Source: Betaproteobacteria bacterium
GTDB lineage: Bacteria > Pseudomonadota > Gammaproteobacteria > Burkholderiales > SG8-41
DNA: 64,000 nucleotides
Direction of reading: 5' to 3'
Assembly: GCA_028292435.1 (NCBI GenBank)
Contig: JAQGMI010000111.1
Span: 5,489-69,488 of the forward strand
In this document: piece after piece, positions 8,238 to 17,086 of the stretch
How the letters are laid out: the number at the start of each line of letters is the position of its first letter
Numbering within the stretch: position 1 is the first letter of the stretch
The notes under the pieces: generated by a model
What the model was told of the DNA's origin: nothing
Seen by the model: only the letters and a program-made list of their open reading frames with translations
Database searches by the model: none
Position numbers and translations under genes: made by a program

Positions 8238-10622
8238 TTATTTTTCTTCCATCACCCACACGCCGTCCCACACGCCTTCGGGCGGATGCGCCTTAAGCTT
8301 CTCGCAGCGCTCGATGTAAATTTCTGAGAGCTTGTCGTTGGGGTTCAACTTGAGCGCCGCGCGGAATGCGACGATTGCCGCATCCCATTTGGCGGCCCGA
8401 TACTTGGCAATGCCGTCCTTGAACTGATTGACGACATCCATCAGGTTGGGGAAAGTCTGCTCGTCGTGATAGTCGAGCACTTCGTAAACGCCGACCGGTT
8501 TGGTCTTCCCCTTGACGATGACGAGATCGATTTCGCGCGTGCGATAAGTGCCGCGCAGTTTCTTATAGGTAAATTCGCTGACGAGAATACGCGCCGCATA
8601 CTGCTTGCACGCCGACTCGAGCCGGGCCGCGAGATTCACGCCGTCGCCGATGATCGTGTAATTGGTGCGCTTCTGCGAGCCGAGTTCGCCGGCCACGACA
8701 ACATCGGTATTGAGGCCGATGCCGATGTTGACCGGCTTTTTCCCTTCATTCGCGCGCGTCACATTCCACGAGGCGAGGCTGCGGATCATCGTCACCGCGG
8801 TGCGCACGGCGCGGTCTTCGTCATCGTCATGCCCCATCGGCACGCCGAAGGCCGCCATGATGGCGTCGCCGATGAACTTGTCGAGCATGCCGCCTTCGCG
8901 GTTGATGCAGTCGACCATGATCTCGAAGTATTCATTCAGGAGGCTGACCGTCGCATGCGGTCCAAGCTCTTCGGTAAGCGTCGTAAAGCCGCGAATGTCG
9001 GAAAACAGCACGGTTGCGGGCATGCTTTTGCCGCCAAGCACTTCGCTGCCCGCGGCGAACAGCTGGTCGGCGATCAACGGGTCCATATTGCGTGCGAGCG
9101 TCGCCTTCATGCGTTTCTCGTTCGAAATGTCCTCGAGCATGATCATCGAGCCCAGACGCTTTTGCTCGGCGCTGACCAGCGGCATGACCGTGACGTTGAC
9201 CGAGCGGCGCTGGCCCGCGAATTCCATTTCTGCGTCCATGGTGAGGTCGAGCTCCTGCGTCTCGTCGACGCGCTTGAGCTTCTCGAGTATCCAGGCGTTG
9301 ACGCCGCCAAAGAACTCCTTCGCCGGCTGGTTGATGATAGCGCCCGCGCCGATGTGCAGGATGCGCAGGCCGGCGGTATTGCAGGTCACGATCTTTTCGG
9401 ACTCGTCCAGCGTCAGCACGCCGCTCGACATCGATTCGAGCATGCTTTCGTTGTAATTCTTCATGTTCTGGACGTCGGCGAAAAGCTTCGCGTTTTCAAG
9501 CGCGATCGAAATCTGTGCCGTGAACGCTTTGAGCCGCGATTCGTCCTCGTTGGTGAACGGGCCGCCGCGCTTGTTCAATACCTGGGTGACGCCGATGATG
9601 CGGCCGCGCTGGTTAACGATCGGCACGCATAGAATCGAGCGCGTGAAATAGCCGGTCTTCTTGTCGAACGCGGGATTAAAGCGCAGGTCCGCATATGCGT
9701 AAGGAATATTGATCGTCTTGCCGCTGGTGAAGACGGCGCCTGCGATCCCGACGTGGTTCGGCAGCCTGATCTGCATCGCTTCGAGGCCTTGCCCCACTTC
9801 GGACCACAGCTGGCTCGTCTTCTCGTCGTTCAAGAACAGCGTCGAGCGCTCGGCATTCAGCATGCGGGTCGCCTCACCCATGACCTTCTGCAGCAGCGAG
9901 CCGATCTTGATGTCGGAAGTCACCTCCGACACGATGTCGAGAAACTCGAGCTCCTGCTTGCGGATCGCCTTCATGCGCTCGATGAACTGCGCGCTTTGCA
10001 GCGCGAGCGTGCCCTGCGTCGTCATCGCGACCAGCAGCTTGAGATCGCTCTTGCTGAATGCACCCTTCTGCTTGTTCAATACCTGCGCGACGCCGATGAC
10101 CTCGCCCTTGGCGGTCGTGATCGGCACGCACAGAATGCTGCGCGTGACGAAGCCGGTCTGCTCGTCGATCGTGCGGTTAAATCGCGTGTCGGCATAGGCG
10201 TCGTCGATGATGACGCCCTCGCCGCGGGTGAACACGTGCCCGGCAATCCCGCTGTTGTTCAGCAGCCGGATTTCGCGGTGAAAATTTCCCTGGGCAACGC
10301 GCGAATACAGCTCGTTGGTCTGCGGATCGTTCAGAAACAGCGTCCCGCGTTCGGCGCTCAATTCCTGGGTCGTCACTTCGACGAGACCCGTGAGCACCTC
10401 GTCGAGCGAATCCATGCCCGACATCTTTTGTGAAATGCTGAGCAGCAGTTCGGCAAAGCGCAGGCGGCGGTCGCGATTCGCGTTCGACGCGGCAGTCGGC
10501 GCGGCCGCCGCGCCATTTTTCTTCGCCGACGCCAGCAGCTTCTTGCGCGCTTGCGCGATCATCGGCGTCATCGGGGTCTTGGCACGGCCGCCGTTCGTCG
10601 AAGGTTTTAATGCTTTGCTCAT
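8238..10622 (-). CDS. class III adenylate cyclase with GAF-GAF-PAS sensor region and TPR-like C-terminal tail
   Basis: 794 aa with two GAF-like modules (ERGTLFLNDPQTNELYS, ERSTLFLNDEKTSQLWS) and a PAS-like segment (MLESMSSGVLTLDESEKIVTCNTAG). The cyclase core reads VLFSDIRGFT, DKFIGDAIMAAFG, IIGDGVNLAARLES. Lys in DKFIGD plus Thr in NYTIIGDG suggests ATP specificity of the class IIIb type. Confidence 0.85.
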   Translation of the reverse strand: MSKALKPSTNGGRAKTPMTPMIAQARKKLLASAKKNGAAAAPTAASNANRDRRLRFAELLLSISQKMSGMDSLDEVLTGLVEVTTQELSAERGTLFLNDPQTNELYSRVAQGNFHREIRLLNNSGIAGHVFTRGEGVIIDDAYADTRFNRTIDEQTGFVTRSILCVPITTAKGEVIGVAQVLNKQKGAFSKSDLKLLVAMTTQGTLALQSAQFIERMKAIRKQELEFLDIVSEVTSDIKIGSLLQKVMGEATRMLNAERSTLFLNDEKTSQLWSEVGQGLEAMQIRLPNHVGIAGAVFTSGKTINIPYAYADLRFNPAFDKKTGYFTRSILCVPIVNQRGRIIGVTQVLNKRGGPFTNEDESRLKAFTAQISIALENAKLFADVQNMKNYNESMLESMSSGVLTLDESEKIVTCNTAGLRILHIGAGAIINQPAKEFFGGVNAWILEKLKRVDETQELDLTMDAEMEFAGQRRSVNVTVMPLVSAEQKRLGSMIMLEDISNEKRMKATLARNMDPLIADQLFAAGSEVLGGKSMPATVLFSDIRGFTTLTEELGPHATVSLLNEYFEIMVDCINREGGMLDKFIGDAIMAAFGVPMGHDDDEDRAVRTAVTMIRSLASWNVTRANEGKKPVNIGIGLNTDVVVAGELGSQKRTNYTIIGDGVNLAARLESACKQYAARILVSEFTYKKLRGTYRTREIDLVIVKGKTKPVGVYEVLDYHDEQTFPNLMDVVNQFKDGIAKYRAAKWDAAIVAFRAALKLNPNDKLSEIYIERCEKLKAHPPEGVWDGVWVMEEK

Positions 10623-10623
10623 G

Positions 10624-11073
10624 TCAGCTTCCTGCGCGGTCCGCTACCAGCGTGTCGCGTAAAGTGGTTACCGTCGCCTTCAACTGCTGAATTTCGTTGT
10701 GCGCGTCGCGCACAGCGGCTTGCACGCCGCGTTCCTTGTCCTGACGCTCGAGTTCAAGCGCGTCGCGCAGCGCCGAGGCCGCCGAGCGCAACTGCAGGAT
10801 TTCATGATTCGCGGTCACCACTGCTTCCTGTACCGCCTTGTCCCGGTCGATGTGCGACTGCTCGAGCGTTGCACGCAGCGCCGCGGCGGTCGCTTTCAAC
10901 TGGGCGATTTCGGTACTGCTGGCCGTTAATGCTTCCTGCACGCTTTTCTTCTTGTCGATGAGTTCCTGCTCGAGCGCGTCTCGCAGTGCCGCCACGGTGT
11001 TTTTAAGATCGCGAATCTCGGTGAGCCAGGCGTGGACTTGCTCTTTGGTGGCGTCGGCTTGCGGTATATCCAC
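10624..11073 (-). CDS. coiled-coil protein built from 36-residue repeats
   Basis: 149 aa holding 3.6 tandem copies of a 36-aa unit (EI.QLK......LRD.LE.......K..VQ.AV.....). The stop at 10624..10626 is 1 nt from the cyclase ATG at 10622. Confidence 0.7.
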   Translation of the reverse strand: MDIPQADATKEQVHAWLTEIRDLKNTVAALRDALEQELIDKKKSVQEALTASSTEIAQLKATAAALRATLEQSHIDRDKAVQEAVVTANHEILQLRSAASALRDALELERQDKERGVQAAVRDAHNEIQQLKATVTTLRDTLVADRAGS

Positions 11074-11183
11074 GGCTGGAATCCCTGCATATCGGATGAC
11101 TTGCGCCCTTCAGGGCTGGCAGGATTTTGGCACATAACCCTGCCGCAAGCCATACGCCGCGCCGTGCCAATCAGCGCGGCGCG

Positions 11184-12137
11184 CTAGTCCACTTTGGCGC
11201 CGGATTCCTTGACAACCTTGGTCCACTTCGCAAGTTCTGCCTTGATGAAATCGGCGAACTGCTCGGGCGAATTTTCGGCGGCCGCTTCGTAGCCGGCCGT
11301 TTTAAGCCGCTGTATGACATCGGGTTGCTTTAATGCACGCATCGCTTCGGCGTTTATTCGGCCCACAACCGCGCGCGGCGTGCCGGCGGGCGCGACCAAA
11401 CCGTTCCAGCCCCTGACGTCGAAGCCGCGCAGTCCGAGTGAATCGAGCGTGGGAAGGTCGGGCGCAAGCGGAGAAGTTTGCAGGCTCGTGATGCCGAGCG
11501 CGCGCACCTTGCCCGCCTGCACCTGCGGCAGCGCGGCTGAAACGATGGCGAACGCCATCTGAACCTGGCCGCCGACGAGATCGATCATCGCCTGACCCGC
11601 GCCTTTATACGGCACATGCACGATGTTGATGCCGGCCGCCATCTTGAACATCTCCCCGGCGAGATGCGGCGGCGTGCCGTTGCCGGACGATGCATAATTG
11701 ATCTGGCCCGGACGTTTTTTCGCAAGCGCGATCAGTTCATCCATCGTCGCCACGGGCAACGTCGGATGCACCATCAGGATGAACGGCGCCGAGCCGGCCA
11801 GTGCAACCGCGGAAAAATCTTTGATCACGTCCGTCGTACCGATCTGCAAGGCGGCGTTGATCGGGTACGAGGCGCTCGACAGCAGCAGCGTATAGCCGTC
11901 GGCCGGCGCCTTGGCCACCGCCTCCGCCGCGATCGCACCGCCCGCTGCAGGCCTGGGATCGATCACGACCTGTTGGCCCCATGCTTCGGTGAATTTCTGG
12001 CCCATGATGCGCGCGACGATGTCGGGTCCCGGCCCTACGATCACACGAATCGGCTTCGTGGGAAAGTCCTGCGCCTGAACGCAAGCGCATGCGCCGAGCA
12101 TCAACGCTGCCGCAATTGAACGATGCATCACCCGCAT
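11184..12137 (-). CDS. Bug family (TctC-like) tripartite tricarboxylate transporter substrate-binding protein
   Basis: Signal peptide followed by DFPTKPIRVIVGPGPD. The C-terminus FIKAELAKWTKVVKESGAKVD is typical of Bug proteins. Confidence 0.9.
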   Translation of the reverse strand: MRVMHRSIAAALMLGACACVQAQDFPTKPIRVIVGPGPDIVARIMGQKFTEAWGQQVVIDPRPAAGGAIAAEAVAKAPADGYTLLLSSASYPINAALQIGTTDVIKDFSAVALAGSAPFILMVHPTLPVATMDELIALAKKRPGQINYASSGNGTPPHLAGEMFKMAAGINIVHVPYKGAGQAMIDLVGGQVQMAFAIVSAALPQVQAGKVRALGITSLQTSPLAPDLPTLDSLGLRGFDVRGWNGLVAPAGTPRAVVGRINAEAMRALKQPDVIQRLKTAGYEAAAENSPEQFADFIKAELAKWTKVVKESGAKVD

Positions 12138-12167
12138 GATTCGACCCCTCCGGCAAGAACAGTCTAG

Positions 12168-12268
12168 CCACAGATAAACACAGATTAAAACAACGATAAA
12201 TTTTCCGACCTTCGTTCAAGCTTTGAATCTATCCGTGTTTACCTGTGTTTATCTGTGTTTATCTGTGG
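12168..12268. repeat. intergenic palindromic element: perfect 18-bp inverted repeat with a tandem 10-mer arm
   Basis: CCACAGATAAACACAGAT at 12168..12185 is the exact reverse complement of 12251..12268. The right arm is a tandem 10-mer array (atccgtgttt acctgtgttt atctgtgttt atctgtgg) at 12231..12268. Confidence 0.7.
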
Positions 12269-12309
12269 CGTAATTGCATTTGAATTTATCTATGGCCGAT
12301 CTGCCTTAA

Positions 12310-13212
12310 CTACCAGCGGTTGAGCCCGCGGCGACCGGTGTTCTGCGCGCGATACACGCACCCGTCGCCGCTCGTGACATACAAGCTGTCGAGTGCGGAG
12401 TCGCCGAACGCACAGCGCATGGGCGAGCCGCCCGGCAGGCGGTGCGTTTCCAGTATCGCGCCGTCGGGCGCAAATACAAACAGCGTGGGGCCGGCGCCCG
12501 CATCGCGCGAGCCGCCGACCGCAAGCACGTTGCCTTCGCTGTCGAGGCACATTCCCTCGACCCCGCGATGTTCGCCGCAATGATCGGCGCCGAACGCATG
12601 CATGACGGTGTACGGTCCGACGGTGCCGTCGTCACGCACCGGATACGCGCGTAATTCGCGCGGGCCTTTGCGTCCAACCTCCCCTTCGGCGACGTACAGC
12701 GTTTTCTCGTCCGGCGACAATTGCACTGCGCGCGGCGCCGCCGTGTCGAATGTAACGCGGCGGATTTTCCACGCATGGCGTTCGTCGACTTCGAGCCGCA
12801 ACACGGATGCATGGTCGAGCGGCGGAAAAATCTGCGGGCCGAAAGCAATCACGCGGCTGTAAGGGTCGGTGAACCAGATGCGGTTCGCGCGGTCGATCAC
12901 GAGGTCGGACGGATGGTTGTGAATCGCGCCGTCGAGCCGCGTCGCGGTGACGGCGGCGGTACCGTCCGCCAGAAACTGAATGACGCGACGGCCGCCGTCC
13001 TGGCAGGCAAATAAGCGTCCGTCGGGACCGAACGCGATGCCGTTGATGCGGTTGGCATGCTTTTTATATTCGCCGATCTGTCCGCCGGACGGACCATAGC
13101 TGCGTATGAAGCCTTCATCGACGGTCGAGAACAACATGCGCGAACCGTCCCACGCAAGACCGCCCATCGCGCCCTGATAAGGCCCTGCAATACGCTCAAA
13201 ATTGAAAGTCAT
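12310..13212 (-). CDS. SMP-30/gluconolactonase/LRE family protein
   Basis: The internal ATG (MTFNFERIAGPYQGAMGGLAWDG) lies just after the upstream stop at 13221. Repeated beta-propeller-type segments (FTDP, NGIAFGPDGRLF, LSPDEKTLYVAE) are present. The longer ORF start at 13428 overlaps the upstream gene. Confidence 0.8.
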   Translation of the reverse strand: MTFNFERIAGPYQGAMGGLAWDGSRMLFSTVDEGFIRSYGPSGGQIGEYKKHANRINGIAFGPDGRLFACQDGGRRVIQFLADGTAAVTATRLDGAIHNHPSDLVIDRANRIWFTDPYSRVIAFGPQIFPPLDHASVLRLEVDERHAWKIRRVTFDTAAPRAVQLSPDEKTLYVAEGEVGRKGPRELRAYPVRDDGTVGPYTVMHAFGADHCGEHRGVEGMCLDSEGNVLAVGGSRDAGAGPTLFVFAPDGAILETHRLPGGSPMRCAFGDSALDSLYVTSGDGCVYRAQNTGRRGLNRW

Positions 13213-13220
13213 CGCGGGCC

Positions 13221-14114
13221 TCACCATACCGCCACGCCGGGAATTTTCACCCGCGTGCGATAAACCTGTTTGAACGTCGTGACGTATAACGACTTCCAGT
13301 CGTCGTCGCCGAAAGCCATGTTCGTGCAATGCCCGGGAATTTTCAGGCGGCCGAGCAGTTTGCCGTCGGGCGCGATGACATGCACGCCGCCGGGACCGGT
13401 GCAATAGACATTTCCCTCGACGTCGCACTTCATGCCATCGGCGACGCCGTCTTCGGTGCCGGTCAGCTTGTGGAAAATGCGTCCCGGGCCGACGCTGCCA
13501 TCGGGATTCACGTCAAATGCGCGGATAAGCGCCAATCGCGTGTCGTTCACATAAAGAATCTTTTCGTCCGGCGAGAACGCGAGCCCGTTCGGATAGGTGC
13601 AGTCCGCAATCACGAGCTGCACTTCCTTGCCGTCAGGCGTGAGGCGAAACACGCCCATGATGTCCATGTAGCGCTGCACGTCCTGCGCGACCATGCCCGG
13701 AATCACGAGGCCACCCGCGGAATCGGTCCAGTAGGTCGAACCGTCGGACTTCACGACGATATCGTTCGGGCTATTGAATTTCATGCCGTCGTATTTCGAT
13801 GCAATCGTCGTAATCGTGCCGTCGTGCTCAAAACGGAAAATCGTGCGCGAACACCAGCCGGCGACCGTGAGCCGGCCCTGCTTGTCGAACGTCATGCCGT
13901 TCGCATGACCCGACGGGCGCAGCACGATTTCGCGGCCGACGCCCGGCTTCCATTTCCAGATCGTGCTGCCGATGATGTCCACCCAATAGAGCTGTCCCGT
14001 GCGCTTGTCCCACACCGGGCCTTCGCCGAACGTCAATCCCTGGGCAATGCTGTCGAGCGGCGGATCGCGATCGACGACGCGCTCGAATCCGGCCGCGATG
14101 AGATCAGTGTCCAC
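13221..14114 (-). CDS. SMP-30/gluconolactonase/LRE family protein
   Basis: Motifs GLTFGEGPVWD, NSPNDIVV, YWTD and PNGLAFSPDEKILYVNDT. I prefer the GTG start at 14114, which follows GGGAGG and overlaps the TPP gene by 11 nt. The ORF ATG at 14171 would overlap by 68 nt. Confidence 0.8.
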   Translation of the reverse strand: MDTDLIAAGFERVVDRDPPLDSIAQGLTFGEGPVWDKRTGQLYWVDIIGSTIWKWKPGVGREIVLRPSGHANGMTFDKQGRLTVAGWCSRTIFRFEHDGTITTIASKYDGMKFNSPNDIVVKSDGSTYWTDSAGGLVIPGMVAQDVQRYMDIMGVFRLTPDGKEVQLVIADCTYPNGLAFSPDEKILYVNDTRLALIRAFDVNPDGSVGPGRIFHKLTGTEDGVADGMKCDVEGNVYCTGPGGVHVIAPDGKLLGRLKIPGHCTNMAFGDDDWKSLYVTTFKQVYRTRVKIPGVAVW

Positions 14115-15801
14115 CCGCGCCTCCCGGCGTCCACGCTTTTTCAGCGAGCGCGTTTTCGTCGGTAGCGACATCGATGACGACTGGACGATTCATTGCAAAA
14201 GCGCGCGGCAGCAGTTCCTTCAACTGTCCCGGCTTGTCGACTTTGAATGCAGCGCAGCCGAGCGCTTCGCCAAGTTTGGCGAAATCAACGGATTTCTGAA
14301 AGCGCCAGATTTCACCCGATCGCTGCGCGTCCTTGCCTTTATAGGCGGCGTCGACCAGCGGTATTTCCTGGTTGAGCGAACTGTTGTTATTGACGATGAC
14401 AACCAGATTGATGCCATAGCGCGCAGCGGTTTCAAGCTCGGCGAGATGATAGTAGGCGCCGCCATCGCCGGTGAAGCACACGACCGCGCGGTTGGGCAGC
14501 GCGCATTTCACGCCGATCGCGCCGGGCAAACCCCAGCCCAGCGAACCCGCGCAACGCACAAAACCCTGCTGCGGGCTGGTGAACTCGATCATCTGCCCCG
14601 TCCACATGCCGGCATGACCGGTGTCGGATACGACGACGCCATCGGCAGGAAGCGCCTGCGAGATTTCACGGCACACGCGCGCTGGATGCATAGGCACCGC
14701 TTCGGAATTCAGCAACGGCTCGTTCGCCTTTCGCCATTCTGCTATCAGTTCCTGGATCCGGCCCAACCATGCTTTCGCACTTGTGGATGGCTTGCCCGCC
14801 GCGTTAATCAGATGACGCAGCGTGACCTTCGCATCGCCTATCAGCGATACCGCGTTTGGATAATTGCGCCCGAGTTCTTCGGGGTCGATGTCGAGCTGGA
14901 TAACGGTGACGCCCGGCGCCGGCACTTTCCAGCTTGTCGTCAATTGGCCGCCCGTATGACTGCCGATGAAGAACACGAGATCGGCTTCGACGAGCGCCTT
15001 GTTCGCGCAGCTGCGCGAATACACGCCGGCGACGCCCACATTGAGCGGGTGCTTGTCGAGCATCGTCGCTTTCGCGTTAAGCGAAGTCACGACCGGAATC
15101 TGCAACTTCTGGGCAAGCTCGACGAGCTCCGCCTGCGCACCCGATGAAACGACGCCGCCGCCCGCAACGATGACCGGACGCTGTGCTTTCGCCAGCACGG
15201 CCAGCGCTTCGTGCACGCGAGCGGGCTCGGGCTCGGGACGGAACGCCGGCACCTGTTTGAATTGATCTTCGACCAGCGGCGTCATCTCCGCTTCGGCATC
15301 GCCGATTGTGCCGCCGTGCAAACCGGCAAGGCGCAGATGCGCAGGACCGGGCGCGCCGGTCGTCGCTGCGCGAAACGCCTGGCGCATGAGGTCAGGCAAA
15401 CGCTTTACGTCGTCGACCTGCACGCTGAATTTGGTCACGGCATCGAACTGATTGAAATCTTCGACCTCCTGATATGCATGACGGTAGCGCGAGCCGGGCA
15501 CCGACCCGCCGCTGATCGCGATCATCGGCGAACACGCCATGAAGCCGTCGCGCAGTCCCGCCGCGAGATTGGATGCGCCGATCTGCTGCGCCATGCACAC
15601 ACCCGGCCTGCCGCTCGCGCGCGCGTAGCCGTCGGCCATGTAGGCGGCGGCCTTCTCGCCGTGGGTCATGATCTTGTGAATTTTGAGCTCGTCCATTTCC
15701 GCGAGCGCGCGCATGAGTATCGTCGGCACGTAGAAAACATGCGTGACGCCATAGCCATGCATCACCTCCGCGAACAATCGCGAGCCGGTCATTTTTGCCA
15801 T
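14104..15801 (-). CDS. thiamine pyrophosphate-dependent enzyme (acetolactate synthase large-subunit-like)
   Basis: The internal start MAKMTGSRLFAEVMHGYGVTHVFYVPT is the typical TPP-enzyme N-terminus. The TPP-binding motif GDGGAYYHLAELETAARYGINLVVIVNNN is present. Confidence 0.85.
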   Translation of the reverse strand: MAKMTGSRLFAEVMHGYGVTHVFYVPTILMRALAEMDELKIHKIMTHGEKAAAYMADGYARASGRPGVCMAQQIGASNLAAGLRDGFMACSPMIAISGGSVPGSRYRHAYQEVEDFNQFDAVTKFSVQVDDVKRLPDLMRQAFRAATTGAPGPAHLRLAGLHGGTIGDAEAEMTPLVEDQFKQVPAFRPEPEPARVHEALAVLAKAQRPVIVAGGGVVSSGAQAELVELAQKLQIPVVTSLNAKATMLDKHPLNVGVAGVYSRSCANKALVEADLVFFIGSHTGGQLTTSWKVPAPGVTVIQLDIDPEELGRNYPNAVSLIGDAKVTLRHLINAAGKPSTSAKAWLGRIQELIAEWRKANEPLLNSEAVPMHPARVCREISQALPADGVVVSDTGHAGMWTGQMIEFTSPQQGFVRCAGSLGWGLPGAIGVKCALPNRAVVCFTGDGGAYYHLAELETAARYGINLVVIVNNNSSLNQEIPLVDAAYKGKDAQRSGEIWRFQKSVDFAKLGEALGCAAFKVDKPGQLKELLPRAFAMNRPVVIDVATDENALAEKAWTPGGAGGH

Positions 15802-15955
15802 TGCCGGAATCTCCTCTGGAAGGAGTGCAAGTCTACCAACGAAATAAATCGTGGGTAAAACTTTTAGAATTTCACACGCGCTACGTTGACTATAATCGGC
15901 GCACGACACAAGACTTTCGCGCTTGCCGCACGTAAAAATCCGGAAGGGAATCAGA

Positions 15956-16516
15956 ATGGAACTGAAGTTGAAGCCGATTCGCCGCGTCGTCACCGGCAAC
16001 GACGCGCAGGGCCGCTCCGGCGTCGTCTATGACAGCGCGGCGCCGAACGTGAATCCCGGCGCGATTCGCCCGGGCACCGGCATGACCGACCTCTGGGTAT
16101 ATCAGGAATGTCCCGCGCCGCTTAATGGCACGCGTGACGACGGCAATCTGCCGTTCAGTTTCGAGCCGCCGGAATGCGGCGGACATTTGCGCATCGTGCA
16201 GTCGCCGGCAAAACCGCCTGGCTACAATCTGGCGGAGGACAAAACCGCGGTGCCGCTGCACGAGCCGCGCCAGCGTCCGGGCGGCACCTGGGACAAAGGC
16301 GGCGCAAATGCGTTTTCGTCGCCCGTGCATAAATCGGAAACCGTTGATTACGGCATCCTGCTCGAAGGCGAGCGCGTGCTGCTGCTCGACGACGGCGAAT
16401 ACGTCATGAATCCCGGCGATGTCGTGATCCAGCTTGGCAACTGGCATGGCTGGTGCAATCCGAACCAGGGCAGCCTGATGGCGTTCGTGATGATGGGCGC
16501 GAATTATGGCGATTGA
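15956..16516 (+). CDS. cupin domain protein
   Basis: MELKLKPIRRVVTGNDAQGRSGVVYD and a C-terminal cupin strand GDVVIQLGNWHGWCN. It is a tandem paralogue of the next gene. Confidence 0.7.
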   Translation: MELKLKPIRRVVTGNDAQGRSGVVYDSAAPNVNPGAIRPGTGMTDLWVYQECPAPLNGTRDDGNLPFSFEPPECGGHLRIVQSPAKPPGYNLAEDKTAVPLHEPRQRPGGTWDKGGANAFSSPVHKSETVDYGILLEGERVLLLDDGEYVMNPGDVVIQLGNWHGWCNPNQGSLMAFVMMGANYGD

Positions 16517-17078
16517 TAACAAGGCTGCGATGAGCAATGCGGCCAAACCCGTTCGCCGCATCGTCTGCGTCGACGAAAACCAAAAATCAAAAGCGATTTC
16601 CGATGCGCCGGTTACGGATGTGCGCATCGATCCGGCGCGGCCCGGTTACAGCGACTCACGCGTGTGGGTCACCGATCGGACGCCGGCGCGCATTGCGGGC
16701 ATGAGCGACGCCGCGCATCTGCCCCACACGATAGAGCCGCCGACTGGCGGTTCAGTGTGCCGCATCGTGACCTTCCCGCCGGACAAAACCTGGCAAGGCA
16801 AAGTCGGCGCGCGGGAAGTGCAAAATTTTTTTGCAGCTGCCGGCTCGCCCGCCGCATCGACATACGCGAAGTCGGCGGCGCATCCGTACATGCAGAAAAC
16901 CCGTACGCTCGACTACTGCCTCGTGCTTGAAGGCGAGATCACGCTCGTGCTCGACAAGGAGGAAGTGCATCTTAAAGCCGGCGACACGGTCGTGCAGCGC
17001 GGCACCAATCATGCGTGGAGCAATCGTTTGGATGCGCCGTGCACGATCGCGTTTTCGTTGCATGACGGCAAGTACTGA
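16506..17078 (+). CDS. cupin domain protein
   Basis: Same architecture as the upstream gene (VRRIVCVDENQKS..., GDTVVQRGTNHAWSN), with an 11-nt overlap between the two. Confidence 0.7.
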   Translation: MAIDNKAAMSNAAKPVRRIVCVDENQKSKAISDAPVTDVRIDPARPGYSDSRVWVTDRTPARIAGMSDAAHLPHTIEPPTGGSVCRIVTFPPDKTWQGKVGAREVQNFFAAAGSPAASTYAKSAAHPYMQKTRTLDYCLVLEGEITLVLDKEEVHLKAGDTVVQRGTNHAWSNRLDAPCTIAFSLHDGKY

Positions 17079-17086
17079 CCGCGGCG

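Noticed and set aside
6974-8296. 440-aa plus-strand ORF
   Set aside because: It is antisense to the AtuA-like gene. The Arg/His/Ala-rich, low-complexity composition is typical of spurious long ORFs on the opposite strand of GC-rich genes. No family motif is present.
8238-10622. Cyclase as part of a CBASS/Pycsar-type anti-phage system
   Set aside because: It is a large sensory class III cyclase with GAF and PAS domains and Lys/Thr ATP-type specificity residues. There is no adjacent effector (TIR, transmembrane, nuclease or phospholipase). The neighbour is a coiled-coil protein.
12231-12268. Possible CRISPR array (also considered for 35023..35154 and 39068..39207)
   Set aside because: The units are only 9 to 10 bp, directly abutting with no spacers, and arranged as inverted arms. 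No cas genes are present.
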